A stretch of 64,000 nucleotides of DNA from positions 14,882,001-14,946,000 of the forward strand of contig CM052817.1 in assembly GCA_028534125.1 (NCBI GenBank), read 5' to 3'. Below, piece after piece: positions 1-11,942 of the stretch (position 1 is its first letter; every line of letters starts with the position of its first letter). Both the position numbers and the translations under genes were made by a program. This DNA comes from Lama glama. Lineage: Eukaryota. The notes beneath the pieces are model-generated. The model saw nothing but the letters and a program-made list of their open reading frames with translations. It was not told the DNA's origin and searched no databases.

Positions 1-145
1 TAAAAACACTAAGATTCAGTTTTCTCATCTATAAAATGGGGCTGATAATAGATGAATATCACAGGGTGGTTAGGTGATATGTGACTGATTTAAGGCTAAA
101 GGGCCCTAAGAATAGTGCCGGACACATAATAAATGTTGTTATCAT
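1..145 (+). mobile_element. MIR SINE, 3' part
   Basis: MIR core 'cagttttctcatctataaaatgggg..ataatag' and MIR-type end 'atagtgccggacacataataaatgtt'. Confidence 0.8.
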
Positions 146-259
146 TGATCTGGAGGCCAAGACGTTTGGGGCGTGAAAGCCCTAGATTAGCTGAGGGGAG
201 GGCTGGAAAGTGGAGGGATGAGTTAGCAACATAAAACTCTCCCGAATCACTTTAGAACA

Positions 260-268
260 GCGTGCGCG

Positions 269-312
<44 letters not shown>
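260..312. repeat. (TG)n microsatellite with adjacent CG/TG alternation
   Basis: gcgtgcgcgtg followed by about 20 TG units. Confidence 0.97.
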
Positions 313-315
<3 letters not shown>

Positions 316-2849
316 CGGAGGGAGCAGAGAGGAAAGACGGTGATCTAAAGTTTGGAGAAGAAGGGATACAGTAAAGAAAGTCACTTATCTCCATCCTATT
401 ATGTCTGGTGCTTGGAGCCCTAATCCCTTCCTTGGATTTTCTTAGGCACAGATTTAGAAATTAACAAGCAGGACGGATTGCTGACACTCATCTTCCTGCT
501 ACACTTTTGCGAGAATTCCAACACGCTGTGGCCCTGCCAGTCTGCATGTGCCTCCCCCACCCTCATGCTGACTTGGGTGGTGCTGTGCTGAGAATTCCAA
601 TGTATTGGATTGGGGCCACAAAACCCCTGATGAAACACTGACATGTTCTGAAAAACCTACCTATTTTTGCCAGGATACTGTGGCCTCTCTTGGGTGAACA
701 AGAAGCAGTCTTGCTTTTTGCTTCTCTTGACTGCATCTTAGCCCTGATCACAGGCAGGGATGTAGTTCCTCTGTAGCCTCAACTTCCAGTTGTCAGAGCA
801 GGAGCGGCATTGTGGGCATTTTGTGATACAGAGCAGAATGATAACCCTTTGACAGGAGAGTAAGGGGAAAAGAAGTCTCATATCACAAACCCAAAGAGGC
901 AAAGGTAAAACTTGGCTGGGCAACGTAAATGGCATGTTGTCGCTCATCTAAGCATCTTAGATATTTGGGGAAAAATGAACACACGCATACAAGCTCCAGC
1001 ATGCATAAAAGGAGATTCCATTCTTCATCAGCAGTGTTTTCTAGCTTTAATCTCTCATTTCACCCCAGATTCCTTTATTCTCATAGCTCCACTTTCCAGG
1101 AACTAATTAATATTTTTTTTCTGATAAATGTTCCTTTTTAAGAGTAATCTATCTTTGATGTTTAAGCCCAACATTCTTCTAACTCCTAAAAGAATAGAAG
1201 CTGCATAAAAGTAAAGCACTGGGAGAAAAAGACAATGTGTTACCCTCCCCTGGATCCTGAAATGTCATCCCCAGCTAGTTGGATTTAAACACTTCTAATT
1301 TTTTCTCATTTATTCATGACTGTCCCTCACCAAGTTAGTCGGAATTTTAATGTATGTCCATATAGGGTAAAACAGAAAGGACACGATTTGGAATCCACAT
1401 TCATACATGGTTTTGCCTAGAGAATGATGCACGTTTAGCTATGCTCGGTGTTTTCCAAGAAAATTTAAATAGAGCTACAAAAAGAGACCTGAGAGGACAC
1501 AGAATAGATTTTTGTCTCGTGCTAATTAAAATTAGAGCACGTTGCAGGGCAAACAGTGAGATATGATACATGTAGAATTTAAAATAACTTGTGGTTTTGT
1601 TAATTTGGGGAGACGGAGCTTGGTAGCATCCAATTTCAGCCTCTAATTCAGGAAAGAACTGTTAAAATAACCCCCAAATTAATTGCGAGATTTTCTGTCC
1701 TTTTCCTTTTGAAGGAGCATGCATTGCTTGGTTTGGCTTTCCTTACAAAGCGTACCCTGGTGGCTGTTATACTAGCCTGTATATTGACGCTGCTGGGCAA
1801 GATGCATAACTTAGTTCTGTTTTCATTATATGCATTTTAGTGGGTTTCATCGTTAGAGATAATAGTACCTCTACCTAATCCACTGTGGTGTAGATGACAG
1901 GACAGGGCGGCATTCATTATTTCATTTAATGATGTAGTGCAGGAGTTGTATCATAACTACTTGGTAAAAACCTATGCTCTGACTTGCTTTTCATTGATAT
2001 ACTTCTGGAATGAATTTTACAGTTTACACACAAATTATGGACTCGGAAAACTGTGGAGTTAGACACATTTGCCAGGTGGTGGGACAATCAAGATGTGTCC
2101 CAATGATCTTGGTACACAGATCTTTAGTTTTTCCAGGACACTTGATCATTTGCATTTCATCAGCGACTTCGGATACATCCTTAACAGGCATTCTCAAAGG
2201 ATTCAAGAAAAAAGTGCTCTAGGACTGGCTTGCATAAGGTGAGTCCCCTGTATGATTTGGCAACTGTGAGGCTATTCACACTCATTTTAAAATTTTGATG
2301 CAGGTGTTTATACATTTCAGAGCTAAACAGGAAAAAAAGCCAGGCCTTTTTCTCTTCTCTTTCATTCCTTTGACTTTCCATTCTGGGGGCCCAAGTTAAA
2401 TTCTGTTTCTACATCTTTAATGAGACAAGCATTCAGGGCACAATGAAAAATAAAGGCCTTATTACTTCATAATATGTTTGGAATTGTGCTTAATTACATT
2501 TAGTTGATTGTTTGGCTGTAGTAATTGCAGGACCACAGAGTGACTGAAATTAGAAATGGAAAAGACCCATTGGGTATCGTTATCCTTCTTCCTGTCAAGG
2601 CAAGATTGCTTTCTGACGTGTGTGTGTGAGGATTCTCTCTTAGCTGTATAAATATACAATTAGATGCACCTGTTTAGCAACATTTTTGACAGGAACTGAA
2701 CATCAAACTAAATCAGACAGAACTAATAGAATGTCAGGTAAAAGGCTAGACAGTAACCCACAGTAGTAGGGGCAGCAGGAGCCGGAGCAGTAAGTATTCC
2801 TAGAACACCAGCCATATGCTGTCTTTAATGTAAATATCAGTCGTTCCAA

Positions 2850-3015
2850 TCAGGTATTATCACTCCCATTTGATACATGAGGAAATGGTATAAATAAGGT
2901 TACATAAGTTAAACAAGGACACATGATTTGCAAATGGTCCTACAGTTACAAGTAGTGGAGCCCAGATTCAAACTCTGGTCTCCCTGCCTTCAAGCTCTGT
3001 GCTTTCCCCCCACTA
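2850..3015 (-). mobile_element. MIR SINE
   Basis: 'cccatttgatacatgaggaaa..ggagcccagattcaaactctggtct' = antisense MIR. Confidence 0.7.
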
Positions 3016-3084
3016 TGTCTTGGCAGCAATAGCCCCTGGGTGGACCCACAGTCACAGAGAGTGAGAAAAGAGAGTGATGTTGGA

Positions 3085-4237
3085 TGATGTCGCCAAGATG
3101 GAGTAGGAGACCCCGGCCCCACCTCCCCAAAAAGAGCAATAATTAGACTGCTACCTATGAATGAAAGTAGCTCTGGGAGCGCTCTGGAGCCCCCTTAAGC
3201 AACTTCAGTGTCACAGCAAAGCAAAACACCTGGAAATTGCCACACAGAAAAGGTGAAAAGGACAGTTTCGTTTTGCCTGAATCATGCCATCCCCTAGATT
3301 GGCACTGTCCGGTGCCACGAGGAAGCTCCCTGGACCAAGAGACTTCCCCTCGCTGGGGTGAGCTGCCAGCTTCCCCAGTTTTTCCCCAGTCTTTTGGGCA
3401 CTGCATGAAGGACCCATTGGTTTCACCTTACTTAAAGACTGGTCTAGCGAGACATCTCGAGATGGACAGGAACAGGGAAAATCGGGGTTACCAGCATCAG
3501 TCACAGGGTGGGACTGACTGCAGCTCCTGGTGTCCTGTTCTGCAGAGGACCAGGACCCCAGCATCCTCTAACAGCCCTTGTGGATGCTGAGGATTCTCTG
3601 CAGACTTCTTCACTGAGGACTTCATCACGGAACCCAGGGGGCTGCTCCACAGAGGTCTCCAGCAGCTTTCTGCCACTGACGAAACCAGTGGCCAGCCAAG
3701 CCACTGTGGACCCCCTGCGCATTTCTCCCTTGTGGGCGCCCTGGGTTTTTGCGTTGGTAGACTTCAGCTACCTGAGTCCCTCTCTGCCCCCACCTCCTGC
3801 CAGATCCACCCCTAGTCAGTGTGGCCAGGCATGCCCCAGGCTCAGGGTCCTGGTATTCACTCTGCTGCAGGCAGCCTTCCTCTGCCTCTGTGTGTGCACG
3901 ACGCCAGTGCAGGCCCCCACAGCCAACCGTCACCACCATGCATGTGCTTGTGGATAACCCTCACAGCCACATCAGTGCACACCAACAGCCCAGGCCCCCA
4001 CAGCTGCTCATGAACCAGAAGGTGGGCCTGACTCCTGACACAGGCCTTCACTGTCGCATGCCTGCAGCTAACTCCTGCAGCCAAGTACTTGCATACTGTT
4101 GGCCCTGGCTCCTGTCGTGGGTACTCACCATGTGTGTGTGCTCGGCGCTAGCCTCTGCAGCTGCAGGCGTGCATGCTGACGGCCCAGCCCCCGCAGCTGC
4201 TCCCGAGTCCAGACTCCTGTCACTGGCCTGCACAGCC
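3085..4237 (+). mobile_element. LINE-1 5'UTR (GC-rich internal promoter region)
   Basis: Starts 'gtcgccaagatggagtaggag' (YY1-type CAAGATGG typical of L1 5' ends); GC-rich about 1.15 kb directly abutting L1 ORF2 sequence. Confidence 0.7.
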
Positions 4238-4582
4238 AGTAAGATTACCTCTATTTGCAGATGACATGATCTTATATATAGAAAATCCTGAAAACTCTAC
4301 CAAAGACCTGTTAAAGCTAATAAATAAATTCAGTAAAGTCACAGGATACAGAACCAACATGCAAAAATCAGTTGGCATTTCTGTATGCTAACAGCAAACT
4401 CTTTGAAAATACATTAAGAAAACCATCTCATTTACAATAACAATAAAATAATAAAATACTTAGGAATACATTTAACCAATGATGTGGAAGATCTGTACAC
4501 TGAAAGCTATAAAATATTGAAGAAAAAAGTGGGAGAAGGCACAAATGGAAAGATAATGTGTTTATGGAATGAAATAATCATT

Positions 4583-4951
4583 TTTTAATTGAAATATAGT
4601 TGATTTACAATGTTGTGTTAGTTTCTGGTGTACAGCATAGTGATTCAGTTATACATACATTTAAACATCTATATTGTTTTTCATATTCCTGTGCATATAT
4701 CTGGAGAAAAGTCTAATTCAAAAAGATACATGTACCCTAATGTTCATAGCAGCACTATTTATAATGGCCATGACATGGAAGCAGCCTAAATGTCCATTGA
4801 CAGATGACTGGATAAAGAAGTGATATATATATATAATGGAATACTACTCAGCCATAAAAAGAATGAAATAATGGCATTTACAGCAACATGGATGGACCTA
4901 GAGATTATCATACAAAGTCAAGTAAGTCAGACAAAGAAAGACGAATATCAT
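4583..4951 (-). mobile_element. Younger L1 3' fragment with 5' inversion, nested in the older L1
   Basis: 4583-4689 antisense L1 3' terminus; 4690-4951 ORF2 C-terminus in opposite orientation (KKNEIMAFTATWMDLEIII); flanks ataatcatt (4574-4582) / ataattatt (4952-4960). Confidence 0.85.
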
Positions 4952-5832
4952 ATAATTATTGTTGTTAAAATGTCAGTTCTACTCAAAGTGAACCACAGAT
5001 TCAGTGCAATCCCTATCAAAATTTCAATAGCATTTTTCACAGAAATACATAGGAAAAAAATCCTAATATTTTTATTGATCCATAAAAGACCCCAAATAGC
5101 TAAAGTAATCTTGGGAAAGAAGAATAATCACACTTTCTGACTCTAAATTATATTACAAAGCTATAGTAACCAAAATAGTATAGTATTGTTTAAAAACAGA
5201 CAGACCAATGGAACAGAATTGAAAGCCCAGATATAAACCCATGTATATTCAGTCAACTAATTTTTGACGATATCACCAAGAATATATAATGGAAAAAAGA
5301 AAGCCTCTTCAATATATGGTGTTGGGAGAACTGGATATCCACAAGCAGAAAATGAAATTGGACCCTTACCTGATGCCATACAGAAAAGTCAACTCAAAAT
5401 GGATTAAAGACTTAAACATAAGACCTGAAACTGTACAATACTACAAGAAAACATAAAGGAAAAACTCTTGGACACTGGTTTTGGCAATTATTTTTTGCAA
5501 ATGACACCAATAGCACAGGCAAGAAGAGCAAAAATAAGCAAGTGGGACTATATCAACCTAAAATGTCTCAACACAGCAAAGGAAATAATCAACAAAATGA
5601 AAAGGCAATCTATGGAATGGGAGAGAATATTTGCAACCATGTATCCAATACTGGGTTAATATTCAAAATATATAAGAAACTAACACAACTCAATAGCAAA
5701 AAGAAAAGCAAAAAACAAAAACCTACCCGATGTAAAAGTGAGCAAAGGACCTGAATAGATATTTTCCCAAAGAAGACATACAAATGGCCACTACGTATAT
5801 GAAAAGATGCTCAACATCACTAATTATCAGAG

Positions 5833-6167
5833 TGTAAAAAATCAATAAACAGAAACCTCAATTAAATAGAGTTGGGAGACCAGAAGAGGGAGATCGCACA
5901 CCATGCAATAACGGAGCCCAACAGGAAGAAGAAAGCCTCCTCTTCTTTCCTGGCAAGAACCCAGCCAATGAAAAGCCATGGACTCTTTGTTTACAAATCC
6001 TTCCCAACTTCCTTTTCCCTCTATAAAAGTGTTCTCCTTCCCTTGCCATGGGGAAACTTGCATGCAGCTCACCATGGCTGCAGACCTCGAATTGCTGTTG
6101 CCTGCTAATCATGAATAAACCCATTTACGGGAGAAATATCTGGCAGCCTATTTGTTTTAGGTCAACA
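5833..6167 (+). mobile_element. Solo ERV LTR (class I-like) nested in L1 ORF2
   Basis: TG...CA termini, CCAAT 5965, TATAAAA 6022, AATAAA 6114, 4-bp flanks agag/aggg; L1 sequence resumes seamlessly. Confidence 0.9.
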
Positions 6168-6624
6168 AGGGAATGCAAATCAGAAGCACACTGAGATATC
6201 ACCTCATGCTTGTTAGGATGGCTATTATCAAAAAGTCAAAAGTTAACAAGTATTGATGAGGATTAAAGAAAAAGGAATACTTATGCATTGGTAGTGGTGC
6301 AAATTGAGAGTTCAATTAATGAGTCCAGTGACACATTTACACAGACTTCTCGAGTTAACTATGGAAGACTTCGCAAAAAGCAAGAAACCCTGTAGGAACA
6401 GATAGTTCTAAAATTAGGAAATTTCCATCTCTTAGTAAGATGTCTTTTTTTTACCCAATGTGATGTGAACACTAAGGGAATTTTGAATAAATGTGAAATG
6501 AAAAAATGGAATGATAATCACTTCTTTATATTTCTTCCTAGATTCGTCACCAAAGAGTTCATGCTGGACCTCACAGTTCATCCTTGCTCACTTATTTAAC
6601 ATGCTTTTTGAATCTCTCTCTCTG

Positions 6625-7890
6625 TTTTAACAGCTTTACTGAGGTATAATTTACATGCAATAAAATTCATCTATTATAACAACAATGTAATAATTTTTAA
6701 TAAATTTACACAGTTGTGCAACCATCACCATAACCCAGGTTTTGAACATTTTATCAACCGAAATAGTTCCTTTGTGTCTATTTGCACTGGACCAGTACAG
6801 TCCTAGGGAATCACTGATCTGCTTTCTGTCTAAGAATTTGCTTTTCTGGAAATTCCATTTACATCATACAATGTTTGTAGTCATTTGTGTCCAACTTTTT
6901 CCGTGAAGCATAATGTTTCTGAGGCTCATTCATGCTATAGTATGTAAAAGTAATCTATTCTCTTTTATTTGTGACTAGTATTCCGTTGTATGCATATACC
7001 AGCTTTGTTTGTCTGTATACCAGTGGATAGATACTTGGGTTGTTGCCAGTCTGGGGTTATTATGAATAACGATGCTATGGTCATTTACATCGTTGGGTGG
7101 ACATAGTTTTCATTTCTCTGAAGTAATACTTACTTGATGGAATTACTGGGTTGTGTGTTAAGTCTATGTCTAACTTTTTAAGAAACAGCCACGTTGGTTC
7201 CCAAAGTTTCCAAACTGTTTTTCACTAGCAAAGCATTGGAGACCCAGATTTTTCATATCCTGGCTAATCTTTGGTACAGTCAGTCTTTTTGATTATAGCT
7301 ACTCTGGCTCACATAGTTTTAATTTGCTCTTCTCTGAGGATTACTGATATTGAATATCTTTTCAGTGTTTATCAATCATATATATATTTTTCTTTATGTC
7401 CATTCAAATCTTTTGTCTATTTTTTTTAAACTGGATTGTTTGGCTTCTTATTGAGTTTCAAGAATTCTTTTTATATACTGAATAAAGTCCTCTGTCAGAT
7501 AACTTATCCCAGTCTCTGTGTTCCCTTTTCATTATTTAGCTGTAAATTTTGAAGTCAGAAAGATTTTATTTTTGGTGAAATTTATCAAGAATACCCAATT
7601 AATTCTTTCTCTTATGGATTTTACTTTTGATATCATGTCTAAGAAATATTTATCTAATCTAAAGTCACAAAGATTACCTTCTATGCTTTCCTCTAGAAAT
7701 TTTGTAGTTTTAGCTTCGACATTTATGTCTGTGATCCACTCTGAGTTAGTTTTTATATATGATGTGAATATGAATCAAAGTTTACATTCTTGATATGTAA
7801 GTATCCAATTGTCTTGGTATTTTCTTTTCTCCATTGACTTGCCCTGAAATCTTTGGCCTCAAATCACTGACCATCAGTGTGAGAATTCAA
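6625..7890 (-). mobile_element. Old L1 (L1MB-like) 3' UTR and ORF2 end
   Basis: 'ttttaacagctttactgaggtataatttacatgcaataaaattca' terminus and typical antisense ORF2 sequence. Confidence 0.88.
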
Positions 7891-8030
7891 CTTCTTCTAT
7901 ATTATATTTAATCTCCTTTCTCCTACATTAAAAATCCTAGTTCTCAGAGACACGGAGGACAACTGAATACCACACAGTACACTTGCACTTTATCCCATAT
8001 TATACCCAGTAGTTTCAAAATAGCAATATA

Positions 8031-8420
8031 TTTTTAATTGCAATTTTTATTGAGTATAGTTGTTTGTATAATATTATGTAAGTTATAGGTGTACTATATA
8101 ATGATTCACAATTTTTAAAGTTTATACTCCATTTATAGTTATTGTAAAATATTGGCTATATTCCCTGTATTGTATAGTATATCTTTGTAGCTTATTTTAC
8201 ACAGAAAAGCTTGTACCTCTTAACCCTTCACCCTATAGTGCCCCTCCTCCCTTCCCTCTCCCCACTGGTAACCACTAGTTTGTTCTTTAGATCTGTGAGT
8301 CTGCTTCTTTTTTTATTATTTTCACTGATTTATTGTAATTTAGATTCTACATAGAAGTGGTATCACGCAGTATTTGTTTTTCTCTAACTTATTCCACTTA
8401 CATAATACTTAGCACAATAA
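8031..8420 (-). mobile_element. L1 3' fragment (artiodactyl-type)
   Basis: 'ttttattgagtatagttg..ccccactggtaaccactagtttgttct..tagattctacata'. Confidence 0.88.
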
Positions 8421-8847
8421 TATTAATGATAGCAATACTAATACTACCAACACTAATGTGGTTTTCTGTTCATTTTACAAAGTGTTACCCTGAAACACTG
8501 ACTGGAAGCCCTGGGCGAGAGTGAAGCATGCCAGTTAAAGGCTTCACTTTGGTGGGATGTGGCTGCCCTCTTTCCTTGAGAAACTCCCCAAATGCTGTGT
8601 CTATTGATCTTTCATCTTGGGTTTTAGCTTGCCCTTAAAGGGATTCTTCAGTCTCCGTCCAGGAGGCAGCTCTGGAAACCAAGAGGAAAAGGGGGCTGTA
8701 CCATAAACACATGTCCATGTAGTCCTTTTCAGTGCTGTGCCTCCCCCTAACTGAGCCTCAAGTCTCCAAGTCCTGTGTCTCTCTGGAATGTCTTCATAGA
8801 ATAGCTGCAGAAAAAGGCTATTTCCTCTGCTGCTGAATAGGGTCAAA

Positions 8848-9075
8848 CTGGAGATGCACTAAAGCCAGCTTGAACCGCTCTCTGGAGGTGGCGTGTTCCC
8901 TTCCCAAGCCTGTGTTCAGTAACATTATATTAGTAGCTTGAAATTAGCTATAGTGGGGGTATTTACACCATGAAAATTGGGAAACAGGACTCTGTGTGTG
9001 TGTGTGTGATTTGATGGGGGATGGTTATCATAGGAGCAGGGGGAAGGTAGAGAGCTGGGTGCCAGCACATTATTG
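8848..9075 (+). mobile_element. hAT DNA transposon relic, MER63A-like
   Basis: 'gtagcttgaaattagctatagtgggggtatttacaccatgaaaattgg' and end 'ccagcacattattg'. Confidence 0.7.
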
Positions 9076-10984
9076 GTTCTTGCTTCTTATTAGACAAATT
9101 TTCAACAAACTCTCCAGTTTCCAACCTTACCTGTAATCTCACGTTTAGATTTTGGAATGCCAGGGACTAAATCAGCTTTCTTCTGGGCTGGCTTCCATGT
9201 TTTTCTCTGTTTTGCTAAGTGTGTTACTACCAGTCCATACACTTTCTATTTTCTCAATGTTTATTGCTGTCATCTCTTTTCCCATTTTTTTTGACTTTGT
9301 GAATTCATCCCCACCTTGCTATTCATTAGAATATTGAAAAGAAGCATGCATTGAACACAAAGTAAATAAGTAGTCATTTCACCATATTTGGTTTTAAGTC
9401 CCCTTTAGTTTTGAAATGTCCTCTTTGACTCTCTATGTGTATGCCAATACGTTCGGGTCCCCTCTTTTTGCTCCCTCAGATCTACCCTGTAGATAGAAAG
9501 AGTGGTTTTTAATTTTTTATTTTTTTTTAAAGTCATTTTGTATTTTACTGAAGAACACTGTAAAGAAAGGTGTAATGAAATGGGCTTCTCATATTTAAAT
9601 GAACCAAACGTAATCCACTCAGGGACAGGATGTGCTCCAAAGTGTTAAATGTTAACTCCCTTCAGAAGTAGGATTTTTCTTTTCTTATTTTTGTTTCTCT
9701 GTTCTTGCTAATGTATCTACAGTAATTCTTCATTCCTTTTAGACATAAGAAAAAAGTAAAAGTTATTTTAAGTTGACTAATACTCACCCACAGACATACA
9801 CACATACGCATCCTTCTGAAAGAAACCAAGGAGTGTTAAGTTAGGACTATTTGAGGGTTTACTGCGTTCAGAGAGGCAGATGTAACGTTAGAACACAATG
9901 TGATTCTAAGGTCTAATTCCAAGTCCTGTTGTGTGTTTCTGGCCTGACCCTCTTTCCTCAAGTAGACATACTTTTTGGGATTTCTAAAAGCCGAAGATTA
10001 TTACTTGGATTGTGGTGGTAAGTGGCAAGGTGCAAACTGTTGTCACTTTGAGTTTCACATTTCTTGGCATAAACTGAGAAAGACATTATGGCTCTTCCTT
10101 ACCACGTGAGAATTCCAGAAACACTGAGCACATGTGTGTACGGTAATGCAAACACTTTCCTTTTGTCAGTATGAGCTCCTAGGGTGGCAAGATCATTATC
10201 CTTTTTTCTGTAAAAGTGTAGAATTTTGAAACTCAAGACTTTGTTTCTTACTCTGAGGAAAGCAAGAGGAAAAAAACAGCTGAAAGGGACCCTCTCGTTG
10301 CCTGCTGACTCGTTTTCTAGTCCCTGTCTCTCTCAGGGATGCCCAATATTTTAACTGTAGTAGAAATTTCTAGGCATTTCCTATGGGCTGCAGTTCTGGT
10401 AATGGCCGATCTGACAGCTTTCTCCTGACTTGTGAGTGTTAAGAGCACATTTAGAACCACTTGGGCTGACCAGAGAATGAAGAGTCAGAGTCCATTTTGA
10501 GTGACAGCTTTCAAGTGCTACCAAAGTTACAAAACCCAGACGTGGAAACAGGATTTGCAGAGTTCAAAGAGTTTGGATCTATATGTCAGTTTGTCCCTAG
10601 AGGACCAGTCATTGACATCCTATCTTGGACACACTCCTAAGGCCAGATGTCAGGCCACCAACAACTGGGCAGCCCTGGCCGGAAGCAAAGTGTGTTTAGA
10701 GGAATCTGGACAGTTGGCCAAGGACTTCCACAATCTAGGAGCTCGACATGTGGTAATGCACTTGGATAAGAGTCAGAACTCTCTTGTTTAAGTGAGAATT
10801 GTTTGGGATGGTTTCTTCATTCTCAGCAAGTATCTTAAGGAGAGGAAAAAATCAATTCACAGGAGTAAAGGAGTGGGACCGGGTCCTACAATTAGGGTCC
10901 AAGTCCTGAGTGGGCCAGCAAGAGACCAGGTGAGCAGGGAGGCTGCGTGATTCAACAGAGGCCCTCAGGGTCTGAAGAGACATC

Positions 10985-11165
10985 AAGCGTATCGGAATCG
11001 CAGCTACCCCGGGCGCGCTTGGCCTTGGGCAGGCTGAACGAGTGCGCATGCTCGTGCTGTGACTGCTGTCACGAAAGGTGTTGTCAGTAAAAGGCTCTGT
11101 GCCGTGCCCACCGGCAGCCATCCTCCGCCACTCTGATGGTGGAGGGGTCCCTTTATCGGCCCCCA
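10985..11165. promoter_or_regulatory. Small CpG-enriched patch with NRF1-like motif (candidate promoter)
   Basis: Local CpG cluster; TGCGCATGCTC at 11043-11053; not an obvious repeat. Confidence 0.4.
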
Positions 11166-11464
11166 ATCTTAATCTTTTCTTTTTCCTCTGATCTTTTAAT
11201 TGTTCTCAAAAGTCAATCTTCATCGAACTTCTTAATCAGGCTAGCTTCTCTTCTTTGAAATTACTTCTCTTTGACAATATCTTAATAGTAACTAAGGCAT
11301 CCATGCAGAAAATTAGAAATGGTTTGCCTGCCCACCTCCCAAGTTCATCCCCCACCCCCCACAGTGAGTGGGCACTGTTGGCTGGAGCCCCAGGTTTTGA
11401 GAGAAGCCAAGGGATGCCTTCAAGAAAGGAGGAACCTTATTACGTCACTATACCATTCTTGGAA

Positions 11465-11570
11465 TCCATCTTCCCCTCTCCCCCTTCTCTCTTCTCTCTT
11501 TCTTTTCTTTTCCTTTTCCCTTCTTCTTGTCCTCCTCCTCTTCCTCTTCCTCCTCCACCTCCTCCTTCTG
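11465..11570. repeat. CT-rich polypyrimidine low-complexity tract
   Basis: About 100 nt almost entirely C/T, (CCT/CTT)n-like. Confidence 0.9.
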
Positions 11571-11714
11571 TATTTAATAAGAAGATATCAGAAAAAAAAA
11601 GCAGCAGCTACTAGGCAAAAGCCTCTGTGCGAGGTATTAGAAAGAGATACAGAAATCAGAGCAATATATTATTTCTGTTCTAGAGAAATACTCAGTCTGG
11701 TAGGGAAGCTGCTA

Positions 11715-11942
11715 AGACATAGTAAGTAAAGACTCAGGATTTGGAGTCAGAGAAGCCGAATTCCAAGTTTGCTCTTCTGTATCTTGGCTGTAGGTACTTG
11801 GGCAAATGATATACCTTTAATGAACCTATGTTTTCTTAGCTGTGAGACGGGGTTCATAATACTCATATCTTATATGGTTGTTGTGTGAGGGTTAAATGAT
11901 ATAGAACAGTGTCTGGTACATATTAAGCACTTGAAAATGTTG
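11715..11942 (+). mobile_element. MIR SINE, near full length
   Basis: 'ttggagtcagagaagcc..ttgggcaaatg..gggttaaatga..agaacagtgtctggtacata'. Confidence 0.82.

Larger units (their letters stand above)
4238..6306 (+). mobile_element. Decayed LINE-1 ORF2 (RT core to C-terminal region), interrupted by two nested insertions
   Basis: Translations [71 protein letters not shown]; stops and frameshifts; ends without 3'UTR. Confidence 0.95.

Noticed and set aside
3155..4264. Many overlapping ORFs of 60-149 aa
   Set aside because: They lie in the GC-rich L1 5'UTR, where stop codons are rare; no recognisable protein
4173..5754. RT-containing ORFs as a novel reverse transcriptase system
   Set aside because: Ordinary fragmented L1 ORF2 with stops, frameshifts and nested insertions
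11255..11729. Pro-rich and Leu-rich ORFs
   Set aside because: Translation of the CT-rich low-complexity tract
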